NCBI GenBank assembly: GCA_028285065.1
Contig: JANQQG010000086.1
Location: 1-56,391 of the forward strand
Direction of reading: 5' to 3'
DNA from: Phycisphaerales bacterium
GTDB taxonomy: Bacteria > Planctomycetota > Phycisphaerae > Phycisphaerales > UBA1924
DNA: 56,391 bases
Shown here: positions 1-10,228 of the stretch, piece after piece
Position numbering within the stretch: position 1 is the first letter of the stretch
Layout of the letters: every line of letters starts with the position of its first letter
Program-made: the position numbers and the translations under genes
Notes under the pieces: model-generated
What the model saw: only the letters and a program-made list of their open reading frames with translations
What the model was told of the DNA's origin: nothing
Database searches by the model: none

Positions 1-95
1 GGGGACCGGAAGGCAAACGCGCCGGGCGCATGGGCCCCCGGGCACCGGGGAAGCGTGGTGGAGGGGCGTGGTGGGGTGGTCGCGGGGGGTGGGGG

Positions 96-674
96 TTAGT
101 TGAAGGAGACCTTGGGTGCCTCGCGCTTGGCGGGGTCCTCGAGCTCGAAGTAGTCGCGCTTCTCGAAGTTGAACGCACCGGCGATCACCGAGGCCGGGAA
201 GACCTGGCGCGCCTGCTCGTAGGTCGCGACCTTGTCGTTGTAGTTCTGACGCGCGTACCCGATCTTGTCTTCCGTCGAGACCAACTCGCCCTGGAGCTGA
301 AGGAAGTTCTCGTTTGCCTTCAGGTCCGGGTATGCCTCGGCGACCGCGAAGAGGCGCCCGAGTGCCTGCGTCAGCATGTTCTCGGCGCCGGCCTTCTGGG
401 CCGCGTGCTGGGCGTCCGACGGGACCGCGACGGCCTGGGTCCTGGCGGCGATGACGGCCTCGAGCGTCTCGCTCTCGTGGCTGGCGTAGCCCTTGACGGT
501 CTCGACCAGGTTGGGGATCAGGTCGTAGCGTCGCGTCAGTTGGACATCGATCTGCGCCCATCCCTCGTCGCAGTCGATCCGCTTGCGGACGAGCGTGTTG
601 TACACGCTGATCGCCCAGAAGATGATCACGACGAAGAAAAGCAGCACGGCCGCTGTGATTCCAATCCCGAGCAT
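96..674 (-). CDS. lemA: LemA family membrane protein
   Basis: Part of ORF 96..983(-). LemA-like sequence starts at the internal ATG at 674 (MLGIGITAAVLLFFVVIIFWAISVYNTLV, one N-terminal TM). It continues with RRYDLIPNLVETVKGYASHE and AEAYPDLKANENF. The 103 upstream codons are Arg/Gly/Pro-rich shadow sequence. Confidence 0.85.
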   Translation of the reverse strand: MLGIGITAAVLLFFVVIIFWAISVYNTLVRKRIDCDEGWAQIDVQLTRRYDLIPNLVETVKGYASHESETLEAVIAARTQAVAVPSDAQHAAQKAGAENMLTQALGRLFAVAEAYPDLKANENFLQLQGELVSTEDKIGYARQNYNDKVATYEQARQVFPASVIAGAFNFEKRDYFELEDPAKREAPKVSFN

Positions 675-822
675 GGACGCTCCTTTCGGCGCAGGAAACC
701 CATCATAAAGGGATCCTGCGTCAGGTTCTTGGGAATCCGTCCCCCCGCGTTCCGGCGGGCGGTTCTTCGCACGTCCGGCGCGCGCGGGTCCCCTCGTCTG
801 GTAGCATCGGGCCCGGGACCGG

Positions 823-2205
823 ATGTCGGGCGCCAACCCGGCCCGCGATCCCGCGGAGCCACCTATGGAACCTGAGCGTTCGACGGCCTCCACCGCCCGC
901 CCCCTCGTGCTCCTCTCGGACATCACCGATGGGCTTGTCTGGCCCAGGCTCCTGCGCGCCGGGGCGCTCGCTTTCAACCCCACCCGACTCGGGCTCGCGT
1001 TCTTCGCGGTCCTGCTGCTCCACGGGCTGACCAGTCTTGGCGACTACTTCACGACGCTCTTCACGAGCGACAGCGCGGGCGCATTCACGGATTGCGCGCG
1101 GGCGTACGGCGAGGTCATCGAGACCACCATCGAGGATCCGTCGCGCACACCGTTGGTCGCGGCCTTCTACGAGATCCCGATTCGTCTCTTCGGTGAGTAC
1201 TCCGTGCTCTCCAACATCGCGTTCGTCGTGTTCGGGCTGCTTTGGCTCGTCGTGTTTGCGATCGCGGGCGTGGCGATCTGCCGCAGCGCGTGTGCTCAGT
1301 ACAGCCAGGGCGTGACGACGACCTGGCCCGAGGCGCTGGGCTTCAGTCTCAAGCATGCCGTCGCGGGCGTTGCGTCGTTGACGGTGCCGATGGCGAGCAT
1401 CGCCGGGATCGCACTGCTGCTGAGCGTGAGCGGGATGGTGCTGCTGAGCATCCCCGGCTTGAACGTCCTTGGCGGCCTGCTCTTCGGGCTCGGGCTGGTC
1501 TTCGCGTTCCTTGGGGTCTTGGCGATGGTTGGGCTCTTGCTCGGCTGGCCGCTGTTGCTCCCCGCGGTCGCGTGCGAGGCAACGGATGCGGCGGACTCGA
1601 TCCAGCGTGCGTACTCCTACGTGCTCGGGCGTCCGCTGCGGCTGGTCCTCTACAGCGCCATCCTCGTGGTCCAGGGGATCGTCCTGATCGCCATCGTCAC
1701 GCTCATCGCAGGATCGACACTCGACTTCGCATCGTCGGCGGCCGGGCAGTGGACGACGGATCGCGGCGAGCGATCAGTGTCCCCTTCGGGGTTCGGCTCG
1801 TGGCGCGAGCTTGACGAGATCAAGGCCGACATCGAGCGCGTCGAGGCGATCAATACGGAGTCGATGGACGACGAGAGCAGGCAGCGCGTCAAGGACGAAC
1901 TCGCCGACCTGCGCCGCGAACGGCGCATCGCCGATCCCGGCATGACCTACGAGGCGGCGCACGGGCTCTTCGAGACGTGGGTGCGGATCCTGCGCTGGCT
2001 GGTCAGTGCGATCGGGCTCAGCTTCCTCTTCTGCGCGTCGACGCTCTTGTATCTCGGGATCCGGCGGATCCACGACGGGCAGGATGAGAGTGAGGTCTGG
2101 TTCCCCGGCATGATCGAGGGCTCGCTGGCCCCGATCGGACCGATCGCTCCCGAGCGTGTCCCCGATGCCGATGAGCCGGATCAGACCCCCAGCAGCGAGA
2201 GTTGA
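823..2205 (+). CDS. polytopic membrane protein, family not recognised
   Basis: 460-aa ORF with several long hydrophobic segments (IAFVVFGLLWLVVFAIAGVAI, LLFGLGLVFAFLGVLAMVGLLLGWPLLL, LVLYSAILVVQGIVLIAIVTLIAG, LVSAIGLSFLFCASTLLYLGI). It has an acidic, charged loop and tail. The start could also be the ATG at 865. Confidence 0.6.
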   Translation: MSGANPARDPAEPPMEPERSTASTARPLVLLSDITDGLVWPRLLRAGALAFNPTRLGLAFFAVLLLHGLTSLGDYFTTLFTSDSAGAFTDCARAYGEVIETTIEDPSRTPLVAAFYEIPIRLFGEYSVLSNIAFVVFGLLWLVVFAIAGVAICRSACAQYSQGVTTTWPEALGFSLKHAVAGVASLTVPMASIAGIALLLSVSGMVLLSIPGLNVLGGLLFGLGLVFAFLGVLAMVGLLLGWPLLLPAVACEATDAADSIQRAYSYVLGRPLRLVLYSAILVVQGIVLIAIVTLIAGSTLDFASSAAGQWTTDRGERSVSPSGFGSWRELDEIKADIERVEAINTESMDDESRQRVKDELADLRRERRIADPGMTYEAAHGLFETWVRILRWLVSAIGLSFLFCASTLLYLGIRRIHDGQDESEVWFPGMIEGSLAPIGPIAPERVPDADEPDQTPSSES

Positions 2206-2206
2206 T

Positions 2207-2929
2207 CTAGAGCGTCGCGTCGAGCAGGTCGGCCTGTGTGAGCTCATCCGGCAGTTCGTCGACCGTGACGCACCGATCGATCGTGAACGGGGCGACCTCG
2301 GTGCGCCGGAGGCCTGTCAGGCAGCCGCCGGTCCCGAGCGCCTCACCGATGTCTCGCGCGAGCGAGCGCAGGTACGTGCCCTTGCCGCAACGGACGTCGA
2401 TCGTCAGCGTCGGCCAGAGGTAGTCGATCACATCGATCGAGTCGATGCGGACGCCCCGCGGCTCCATGGGCGGCGGCTCGCCGGTCCGCGCAAGCTGGTA
2501 GGCGCGGGTCCCATCGATCTTGAGCGCGCTGAATGCCGGGGGGACCTGGTCGATCGCGCCGATGAATCGCGCGCACGCCGCGTCGATGTCATCGAGGCTC
2601 GGGCGCTTCTCGACCTCGACGAGCGTGGGCGGCGTCTCGAGGTCGTTCGAGGGCGTGACGTGCGCGAGGTCGATCTCGGCCGTGTAGCGTTTGGCGCCGT
2701 CCATGACCCGCTCGACGAGCCTGGTCGCCTTGCCGACGAGGACCACGACGACGCCCGTAGCCAGCGGATCGAGCGTGCCCCCGTGCCCGACCTTGACGCG
2801 CTTGGGGGCACCCGCCCGGACGAGCCGCGCACGTACGTCGCGGCACACGTCCATCGACGTCCGACCGATCGCCTTGTCGATCAGCAGGATGCCGATCGGG
2901 CCCGGGGGCGGCTGATTGGGATCTGTCAC
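2207..2929 (-). CDS. truB: tRNA pseudouridine(55) synthase TruB
   Basis: Contains GILLIDKAIGRTSMDV and the catalytic-Asp motif KVGHGGTLDPLATGVVVVLVGKATRL. GTG start at 2929 overlaps the upstream stop (GTGA). Confidence 0.9.
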   Translation of the reverse strand: MTDPNQPPPGPIGILLIDKAIGRTSMDVCRDVRARLVRAGAPKRVKVGHGGTLDPLATGVVVVLVGKATRLVERVMDGAKRYTAEIDLAHVTPSNDLETPPTLVEVEKRPSLDDIDAACARFIGAIDQVPPAFSALKIDGTRAYQLARTGEPPPMEPRGVRIDSIDVIDYLWPTLTIDVRCGKGTYLRSLARDIGEALGTGGCLTGLRRTEVAPFTIDRCVTVDELPDELTQADLLDATL

Positions 2930-4767
2930 GGCGTCGCCCCCGCGTCCACCTCACCCGCCTGGAAGATCCCGATCCGCATCCACGATCCGTTCGAGTAGTT
3001 GAAGCCCCAGTCGCGCTCGGCGAGTAGTTCGAGTTCGTGCGCATGGTCGTTGAACCACCCGAAGGCCTCGCCCGAGTCGGGTGTGTCGTGCGCGCCGCGT
3101 GTGCGTCGCATTGCGACGACGAGCAATGCGTCGGGGTGCTCGGCGAGCCACGCCATGGCGTCGCCGTCTCCGAGGCGCACTGCTCGTCCGCGCGTCAGGA
3201 AAACGAGGCTGTCCTCGTGGTAGCCGACGAGGCCGACCGGGCGCTCGTGCGACGGATCGAGCTCTTCGAGCGCCCGTGTCGCCCAGGGGGATAAGAACAG
3301 GTTTCGTGCGCGCGGAAGGGCGACCTGCAGGAGCGTGATGGCGAGGATGCACGCCGCGGCGATGGAGAGCCAGGTCGTGCGCACGAACTGTCCGTCGCGC
3401 GTGCGTCGCCACGCGAGCAGAACGAGCGCGCCAGCGCCGAGGCCGGTGATCGTAAGGAGGATCAGCGGCATCGTGCGCCCGGTCTCAGGGGTTGCCGCCA
3501 TGAACGTGATGCCGACCGGCGCGAGCACGACCAGCGCGGCGCCGAGGACACCCCAGACGAGGAAGCCGATGCGTGAGAGCGTGTTGCGGACCTGCGGGAG
3601 CGAGCCGGTGGTAGCAGCGAGTACCGCGCGCCCGGTCAGGAGCGCGATCGGCGGGTAGAGGGGGAGCGTGTAGTGGGGGAGCTTGGTGGAGCTGAGTTCG
3701 AAGATGAGCCAGCTCGGCACGATCCAGCAGAGGCAGAACGCCTCGGGCGTGCGGGCCGCGCGGAGCCCCTTCTTCCAGAGCCCGCGCCGGATCGCGCGCT
3801 CGATCGCGATCCCGACGAGGAGCGAGCCGGGCCAGAAGAGCACGACCAGCGCGATCAGGTGGTACCCCGGTGGGCCCCAGTGTCCCTCCTTCGCGCTCGC
3901 GGCTCGCTCGAAGACCTCTTCCCGGAGGATCTGCGTCAAGCGTTCCCACCCGACATCCGGGTGTGCGCCCAGCATCATGACCCACGGCGCGAACACGAGC
4001 GCGCCGATCACGATGCCCAAGAGGGCAACCAACACCGGGCGCCACGTACGCACGACGGATGCAAATGTCGCGCCCGTTAGCAGGACGACCATCGGGGTGA
4101 TCGGCCCCTTCGTTAGAGCACCCATGCCGACGCACAACCCGAGCGGAATCGTCCACGCCAACCGACCCCGGCTCGCGCACCACAGGCATGCCATCGCGCC
4201 GGTCGTGCACGCGAGCAGGACCATGTCGGCGCGGGCCTGGTTGGCCTCCCAGACGATGATCGGGCTGACCGCGAGCAGGGCCGCGCCGATGAACGCGGCA
4301 CGCGGATCGAACATGCGCCGGCCAACGAGGAACGTCACCAGCACCGCGAGCATCCCGGCAAGCGCCGAGGGCACGCGGTACATCCAGATCGCATCGCTCG
4401 GAGGATGCCCGCCCGTGAAGATCCAGGCGGAGTCCGTCTGCACCCAGTAGATCAGGGGCGGCTTGTTGAGCCTCTGCCGGTCCTGCACCTGCGGGATCGT
4501 CAGTCCGCCCCCGTGCAGCGCCGCGTCCTGCTGGTCCTCGGGCAGGGCGACGCTCTCGAACATCTGGCGGGACGCTTGGGCAAAGCGGCTCTCGTCTCGG
4601 TCAACCGGTGGGACGGAGAACAGGCCCGGGAGGAAGACGACGAGGCAGAGCCCCACGAGGAGTGTGACCCCGGACCACGGGCCCGCGCGGAATCTTCCCG
4701 CTCTCGCTGGTGGTGGGGGGGTGCGGGGGGCCGAACAATGGGTGGTCATGGATCCTCGTTGGCACAC
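2926..4767 (-). CDS. GT-C fold glycosyltransferase (ArnT / PMT_2, family 39-like)
   Basis: 613-aa ORF with more than 10 hydrophobic helices. First extracytoplasmic loop reads VDRDESRFAQASRQM, the DE motif typical of ArnT/PMT-like enzymes. C-terminal soluble domain. The start may be the ATG at 4749 (MTTHC). Confidence 0.75.
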   Translation of the reverse strand: MCQRGSMTTHCSAPRTPPPPARAGRFRAGPWSGVTLLVGLCLVVFLPGLFSVPPVDRDESRFAQASRQMFESVALPEDQQDAALHGGGLTIPQVQDRQRLNKPPLIYWVQTDSAWIFTGGHPPSDAIWMYRVPSALAGMLAVLVTFLVGRRMFDPRAAFIGAALLAVSPIIVWEANQARADMVLLACTTGAMACLWCASRGRLAWTIPLGLCVGMGALTKGPITPMVVLLTGATFASVVRTWRPVLVALLGIVIGALVFAPWVMMLGAHPDVGWERLTQILREEVFERAASAKEGHWGPPGYHLIALVVLFWPGSLLVGIAIERAIRRGLWKKGLRAARTPEAFCLCWIVPSWLIFELSSTKLPHYTLPLYPPIALLTGRAVLAATTGSLPQVRNTLSRIGFLVWGVLGAALVVLAPVGITFMAATPETGRTMPLILLTITGLGAGALVLLAWRRTRDGQFVRTTWLSIAAACILAITLLQVALPRARNLFLSPWATRALEELDPSHERPVGLVGYHEDSLVFLTRGRAVRLGDGDAMAWLAEHPDALLVVAMRRTRGAHDTPDSGEAFGWFNDHAHELELLAERDWGFNYSNGSWMRIGIFQAGEVDAGATP

Positions 4768-5608
4768 GCTTCCGGACTATAACCGCGGGCTCTGGCTGCC
4801 CCTTCGGTGGCTGTCGCGCGCATGGGTCGGGCTGTGCCTGATCCTCGAGCCGCTGACGATCTGGGTGAACGCCCCGAAGCGTCGCGACTGGGCGCGGCCG
4901 GTTGTCGTTGGTGGCCTGATCGCCTTCCTCCTTCTGTGGCTGGGCCTCGATCGGGTCCTGGCCCCGAGTGAAGACTGGGCGGGGCTCGGCGGGGACATCA
5001 AGCGCGAATGGAACGCCTGGCAGCAGTACGGGGCCCTGACGTCGGTGGTCGTGATCGCGATCGTGATCTGGCTACTGGACCGGGCCAAGCGGACGACTTT
5101 GGCAGACCTCGGGCTCGCTTGGCTCCTGGTCGGCGGGGCGGCGAGCCTCCTCAAGCCCCTGATCGGGCGGGCTCGCCCCAAGTACGCGGATCCGGAGGCG
5201 TTCGTCGGTCCGTTCGGGGCGTTCCCGGTGACGCGTCATGGGGAGGGGCAGGTGATGAGCTCGTGGGAGGCGGGGTATGAGCTGGCCTCGATGCCCTCGA
5301 GCCACACGGCCGCAGCCGTGGCGCTCAGCGTCTACCTGGCAATGACCTACCCACGTCTCCGTCTGCTGGCGATCTTCCTGGCGGGGATGGTGGCGCTCGG
5401 AAGGGTCTGGTCCGGTGCCCACTGGCCGGCGGATGTCGTCGTGGGTGCGAGCCTTGCGATGGCGATCGCGGTGCCTGCGGTGCGGGGCCGCTGGGGGCGG
5501 CGTTTGCTCCGCATGGAGCAACCGGCTGCGGCCGAGGGTGGGGCCGGCAAGCCCGGGGAGCTCGCGGTCCGCGAAGGTGCTGCCCGGCCCGAGCCGGTGG
5601 CGGGGTAG
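4748..5608 (+). CDS. PAP2 superfamily phosphatase
   Basis: All three PAP2 motifs are present: KPLIGRARP (K-x6-RP), PSSH, and R-x5-H-x3-D in GRVWSGAHWPAD. It is a membrane protein. The internal ATG at 4748 is chosen because upstream codons lie on the divergent gene and look like shadow sequence. Confidence 0.8.
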   Translation: MDPRWHTLPDYNRGLWLPLRWLSRAWVGLCLILEPLTIWVNAPKRRDWARPVVVGGLIAFLLLWLGLDRVLAPSEDWAGLGGDIKREWNAWQQYGALTSVVVIAIVIWLLDRAKRTTLADLGLAWLLVGGAASLLKPLIGRARPKYADPEAFVGPFGAFPVTRHGEGQVMSSWEAGYELASMPSSHTAAAVALSVYLAMTYPRLRLLAIFLAGMVALGRVWSGAHWPADVVVGASLAMAIAVPAVRGRWGRRLLRMEQPAAAEGGAGKPGELAVREGAARPEPVAG

Positions 5609-5704
5609 CGGCGGGGGCTTGGCCTCGTTGCGCGTCCTCGGGCTTGAGCGGCCGGGCCGGCATGACGATGGGGGCTTTCGGCGTCTACACTGACGCCCCC
5701 AGTC

Positions 5705-5792
<88 letters not shown>

Positions 5793-6047
5793 TTCTTCTC
5801 GACTGCATCTCCTCCCCCCCAGGGGATGAGAACCCCGCGGCGGCGCCAGCCGACGCATCGGGGGTGCGACGCCGAAGGCGCCGCGAGCGCAGCGAGCGAG
5901 TCCTTCCCTCTGCTCTCTGATCAGAAGCTGTGGCCAAGGCCACCCGAGATTTCCGGCCTGAGCCCTCGGAGCGCGAGATTCTCCGCCTGGCCCGGACGCC
6001 GGAATGCCCAGGCGCTGCTTCCCAAACAAACGGTGTGGAGGAAGCTG

Positions 6048-6401
6048 ATGCGGGCTCTTCGGATTGTGCTCATTGTCATGCTGACAGGTGCGCTGCTCCT
6101 GGCAGTCTGGGAGATGGTCTGTCGTTCCTCCAATCCGATCGCATACATGAGCCGGGCCGAGGCGATTGCGTTCGCGGAGCAAGAGCTAGACGTTGGCCGA
6201 TCGACCCTTGCTGACGTTGAGCAGTTCTGCTTGAAACACGAGCTCGCGCAAGACCTGAGAGCGCCAGACATTGGCGAGTACCGCCCGGCGCTTGCTCGAC
6301 GATCGTGTTCGCTGCTGTTTCCGGCTTCTCTGCAGTTTCGTTTCTACTTCGATGATGAAGCAGTCCTTGAGGAGATTGATGCCAGAGTCTTCTTTCCCTA
6401 G
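6048..6401 (+). CDS. small membrane-anchored hypothetical protein
   Basis: ATG at 6048 is preceded by GGAGG with a 6-nt spacer. N-terminal TM (MRALRIVLIVMLTGALLLAVW). By eye the region is less GC-rich than its neighbours. The upstream part of ORF 5748..6401 overlaps the tRNA and is rejected. Confidence 0.55.
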   Translation: MRALRIVLIVMLTGALLLAVWEMVCRSSNPIAYMSRAEAIAFAEQELDVGRSTLADVEQFCLKHELAQDLRAPDIGEYRPALARRSCSLLFPASLQFRFYFDDEAVLEEIDARVFFP

Positions 6402-6671
6402 CGTGCCAGTCCTTCGGAACATGGTTGCCGGCCTGGTGTAGACCACGAAGTGGCCCGCGCAAGCGCGCCCACGGCTGTCGACGGGGCGACTGGCCGCAGG
6501 ATCGTGCGACAGCGCAAATCATGGCAGGTGCTGCGCTTGAGTCACAAGATGCTGCAGCTGCGGCACTTGCGAAGACTGCAGTGAGAGAATCCCCCCGCCC
6601 CTCCGCACTCGGTCGCTGCGCTCACCCGAATCACAGGTGAGCGCGCGAGCGGCCCGCGCCGGACTCGGCGT

Positions 6672-7433
6672 TCAAGTGCATCCGCCCAGAATGAACTTCG
6701 TGACGAGCTCGGCCATCTCTGGCTGCTCGGGATCCTCGATCACCAGGCCGAACACCGAGTGCTCGAAGTCGGACACCGGCCCGAGTGCGATCAAGGGGCG
6801 GTTGAACCCACGAGCCCGGATCAACTGGATCGTCTCGTCGTCCATGTCGAAAGCGGTTGTGACCACCGCATCGAACTCCGCCTCCGCGAGGCGCGCTTCG
6901 AGGTCCTTGACGGAGGCTGCCTCAGCGATCACGAGGCCGCCGTTCCGCAGGGCACCGGACACCTGCTCGACGAGACTCTCATCCTCGGTGTAGACGGCGA
7001 CCCTGACCGGCTCGAGCAGGCTCGCCATCGACCCAAGGTCCGCGCTCTCTTGGAACCTGACCCCGACGAGATGGACCATCGACTCGAGGTACTGACAGTG
7101 AACGACTTCTCCGGCGACGTCCTGCCGCATTCCGCTCGAAGCGGACAAGTGGGCTGTGCACCTGGATCCCTTGTGCACATACCCCTGGTACAGGAATGCG
7201 AACCCGTTGACCGAGATGTTCTGGGTCGGAACAACATAGACCACCGGACTCGAGGCGCCTGGCTGCTTGATCGAGACGAGGCAGTTCTTCAGGCGCAGTT
7301 GAAACCGCCGCTCCGCTCGAATGTTGGCCTTGCCCGACCCAGAGTCGCGCTCCAGGCGATCGAGGATCTCATCGATGAGCTGCTGGTTGCAACTAAGCGA
7401 CTGCTGAACCTGTGCTCTCGAGTTGACCGGCAT
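6672..7433 (-). CDS. PilZ domain protein with C-terminal receiver-like domain
   Basis: PilZ signatures RAERR (RxxxR) and NISVNG (D/N-x-S-x-x-G). The C-terminal flavodoxin-like region (VRVAVYTEDES...FDAVVTTAFDMDD...RPLIALG) has Thr where the phospho-acceptor Asp is expected. It is divergent from cheA. Start is at the internal ATG at 7433. Confidence 0.7.
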   Translation of the reverse strand: MPVNSRAQVQQSLSCNQQLIDEILDRLERDSGSGKANIRAERRFQLRLKNCLVSIKQPGASSPVVYVVPTQNISVNGFAFLYQGYVHKGSRCTAHLSASSGMRQDVAGEVVHCQYLESMVHLVGVRFQESADLGSMASLLEPVRVAVYTEDESLVEQVSGALRNGGLVIAEAASVKDLEARLAEAEFDAVVTTAFDMDDETIQLIRARGFNRPLIALGPVSDFEHSVFGLVIEDPEQPEMAELVTKFILGGCT

Positions 7434-7771
7434 CTTCACTCCAGACCGCGGGGCTCCCACACCACGATGTGGGTACTCGACACCCTGATTCGGTCGTAGG
7501 TGGATGCGCCTAGAGCACAATGTCGGGGTTCTTGCGCGCTCCTCAGCTTGGCTCAACCTGACGCCCATCCAGCGAGACGTCCCGCGAAATCCGCAGAACC
7601 GTCTCAACCGATCCCGCAACGGGCCCGGCGGCCCGTGGGTCGATGCATCCCCTGATGAGGTGAAGGAATGAGGTTGGCCGAGTGATGGCCACATTTCTGT
7701 GCCACGGCGGATGGAGCAACCAGGTAGGGCGTCCGATCACTGCGGGACCCACGGAGTGAACGGCTCTACCT

Positions 7772-10228
7772 ATGGATCTCGAGAACCTGATTGACGAGGC
7801 CGCACGCGCTGTCATCGGCGTGGCACCGAACGACCGCGAGTCGCTGGCGCGCGTCCGGGCGGCGTTCATGGAGTTGGAACGCGCAGGGCCGCTCCAAGAT
7901 GCACCGGTGCCGCAGTCGCTCCTGACGTCGGTCCGGGCGCGCTTGGATGAGGCCGCAGCGAGTGAAGTTGACGAAGACCTCTGCACGACCCTGAGGGACG
8001 CGATCGAGGAGATCCAGGGCTGGGTGGACGAGGCCGGCACAGCACCGCCAACGAGCCGGGAGGAGTCGGCCCACCCGCCGAGCCCGAACGATGACTCGCT
8101 GATCCAGGCCTGGATCGCGTCCGCGCTCGATACCGCAGGGGACATCGAAGCCATCCTGCTCCTTGAAGGCGAGATGGAAGCGAGCAGCATCGCCGAGCTT
8201 CGGCGGCTGCTGCACAACCTGAAGGGAGAGTGCGGCGTCGTTGGAATCTCCGGAGCGCAATCGCTCTTCCACGAGGCCGAATCGACGATCGATCGGGTGA
8301 CAGATGCTGGTGAGACCCTTGTCCGAGATTGGCTCTTCGAGTTGGTCGATTGGACCCGCGACTTCGCCGCGGGCCTGCAGCAGGGCGCTCGTGGGGTGTC
8401 CGACACCGATGATCGCTTGCTCTCCAGCATGAGATCGATGCCGAGCTGCGGGGATCGTCCGACCGATTCGGAGCGCAGCAGCGACGGAGATAGCGGAAGC
8501 GAACTCGTCGTCACAGCGCTTGCCGAGACCGACGAAACGGTGACGGAGTTCTTGAGCGAAGCGCGCGAGCACCTGTCCGAGTCGGAGGGCGCGCTGCTCG
8601 AACTCGATCGAACGCCCGACGATCTCGAACTGGTCAACACGGTCTTCCGCGCGTTCCACACGATCAAGGGCGTCGCCGGCTTCCTGGACCTGGAAGCGAT
8701 CGTGCGACTCTCGCATACGACCGAGTTCGCGCTCGACCAGGTCCGAAACGGGGAACGGAGCGTCGATGCGCCGCTCCTCGGCGCCGTGCTTCAATCGTCC
8801 GACCTCCTGGGACGCATGTTCGACGCCCTGGAGGGCGGCACGCCGGTCGCGCGCGACGAGCTCGACTCGGTCATCCGCGGGCTCGGTCTCGACGCGACCG
8901 GTGATGCGGATGCGCCACCGCCCGCGCCGGATACGGCCGCGCGAGGCGCGATCGAGGCCCCTCTCGAGCCAGCCCCGGACGAGAGCAAGCCAGCGCCCAC
9001 TCCCGCACCGTCCGTGAACACGAAGAAGGGCCCCAGCACCGACCACGGCATCAAGGTCAGCACGGGGCGCCTCGACTCGATCGTCGATCTGGTCGGCGAG
9101 TTGGTGATCGCCCAGCAGATGGTGGTCCAGGACCCCTCGGTCGTGCGACTCAACGACCAGCGCTCGCAGAGGAACCTCGCGCAGGTCGGCAAGATCATCC
9201 GCGATCTCCAAGAGGTCGCCATGTCCCTGCGCATGGTGACTATGCGCGCGACGTTCCAGAAGATGAACAGGCTTGTCCGTGACCTTTCTTCCAAGTCGGG
9301 CAAGCGCATCCGCCTCGAGATCGAGGGCGAGGATACGGAGCTGGACCGGACCGTCGTCGACGAGATCCGGGACCCGCTGGTGCACATGATCCGCAACGCA
9401 TGCGACCACGGCCTCGAAAGCCCCGAGGAGAGGCTGGCCGCGGGCAAAGCCGAGGAAGGCACGCTGAAGCTGCGCGCGTTCCACAAGGGTGGCTCGATCG
9501 TCGTGGCCATCGAGGATGACGGACGCGGCCTGCCCCGCGAGAAGATCCTCCGGAAAGCCATCGAACGCGGCGTGATCGCCCGAGACCGTGATCCGAACGA
9601 GCTGTCGGACGACGAGGTCTACGCGCTGATCTTCGCGCCCGGTTTCTCAACGGCCGACCAGGTGTCGGATGTCTCGGGGCGCGGCGTCGGGATGGACGTG
9701 GTCCGGCGCAACGTCGAGGCGCTCCGAGGAAAGGTCGAGATCTCCTCGGTCGAGGGTCACGGAACGACGTTCCACCTGAGCCTCCCGCTCACGATGGCGA
9801 TCATCGACGGGATGGTCGTGCGCGTCGGGGACCAGCGGTATGTGATCCCGACGCTCGCCATCGAGCAGAGCCTCCGACCCGCACCGAATCAGCTCGAGAC
9901 CGTGATGAACAGGGGCGAGGCGATCCTGCTGCACGGCGAGCTGCTCCCGGTCTACCGACTCTCGCATCTGTTCCGCATCGACGGGGCCAACGACTCGCTC
10001 TCCGAGACGCTGCTCGTCGTGCTCGAATCCAACTCAACACGCTGCTGCCTGCAGGTCGACGAGCTCCTGGGGCAGCAGCAAGTCGTCATCAAGTCGCTCG
10101 GAGACGCGCTCGGCCAGGTCCGCGGCGTCTCAGGTGGCGCAATCCTCGGCGACGGGCGTGTAGCGCCGATCCTCGACGTCGCCGCTCTCCTCGCGCAAGC
10201 CGAAGAACCCACCGGAGCCCTGCGATGA
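7772..10228 (+). CDS. cheA: chemotaxis histidine kinase CheA with two Hpt-like modules
   Basis: Hpt motifs LLHNLKGECGVVG (His codon near 8213) and FHTIKGVAGFL (His codon near 8657). Dimerisation region RLDSIVDLVGELV. HATPase motifs HMIRNACDHG, DDGRGL and GRGVGMDVV. C-terminal CheW-like domain. Confidence 0.93.
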   Translation: MDLENLIDEAARAVIGVAPNDRESLARVRAAFMELERAGPLQDAPVPQSLLTSVRARLDEAAASEVDEDLCTTLRDAIEEIQGWVDEAGTAPPTSREESAHPPSPNDDSLIQAWIASALDTAGDIEAILLLEGEMEASSIAELRRLLHNLKGECGVVGISGAQSLFHEAESTIDRVTDAGETLVRDWLFELVDWTRDFAAGLQQGARGVSDTDDRLLSSMRSMPSCGDRPTDSERSSDGDSGSELVVTALAETDETVTEFLSEAREHLSESEGALLELDRTPDDLELVNTVFRAFHTIKGVAGFLDLEAIVRLSHTTEFALDQVRNGERSVDAPLLGAVLQSSDLLGRMFDALEGGTPVARDELDSVIRGLGLDATGDADAPPPAPDTAARGAIEAPLEPAPDESKPAPTPAPSVNTKKGPSTDHGIKVSTGRLDSIVDLVGELVIAQQMVVQDPSVVRLNDQRSQRNLAQVGKIIRDLQEVAMSLRMVTMRATFQKMNRLVRDLSSKSGKRIRLEIEGEDTELDRTVVDEIRDPLVHMIRNACDHGLESPEERLAAGKAEEGTLKLRAFHKGGSIVVAIEDDGRGLPREKILRKAIERGVIARDRDPNELSDDEVYALIFAPGFSTADQVSDVSGRGVGMDVVRRNVEALRGKVEISSVEGHGTTFHLSLPLTMAIIDGMVVRVGDQRYVIPTLAIEQSLRPAPNQLETVMNRGEAILLHGELLPVYRLSHLFRIDGANDSLSETLLVVLESNSTRCCLQVDELLGQQQVVIKSLGDALGQVRGVSGGAILGDGRVAPILDVAALLAQAEEPTGALR

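Noticed and set aside
5929-5942. Inverted repeat GTGGCC-AA-GGCCAC downstream of the tRNA, as a possible terminator.
   Set aside because: The 2-nt loop is too small for a stable hairpin, and no T-tract follows.
7680-7700. Sigma-54-like element TGGCCACATTTCTGTGCC upstream of cheA.
   Set aside because: The GG and GC dinucleotides are not at the canonical spacing of TGGCAC-N5-TTGC (off by about 2 nt), so I do not call a promoter.
7766-9484. 572-aa ORF antisense to cheA. Similar long antisense or out-of-frame ORFs occur at 10937..13039(-), 20872..22743(+), 24308..26125(+), 27508..30075(-), 29576..31660(-), 39081..40529(-) and 54660..56180(+).
   Set aside because: Each lies entirely over a gene with clear family motifs on the other strand or frame. 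Their translations are Arg/Gly/Pro/Asp-rich low-complexity sequence, typical of stop-poor shadow frames in GC-rich DNA.
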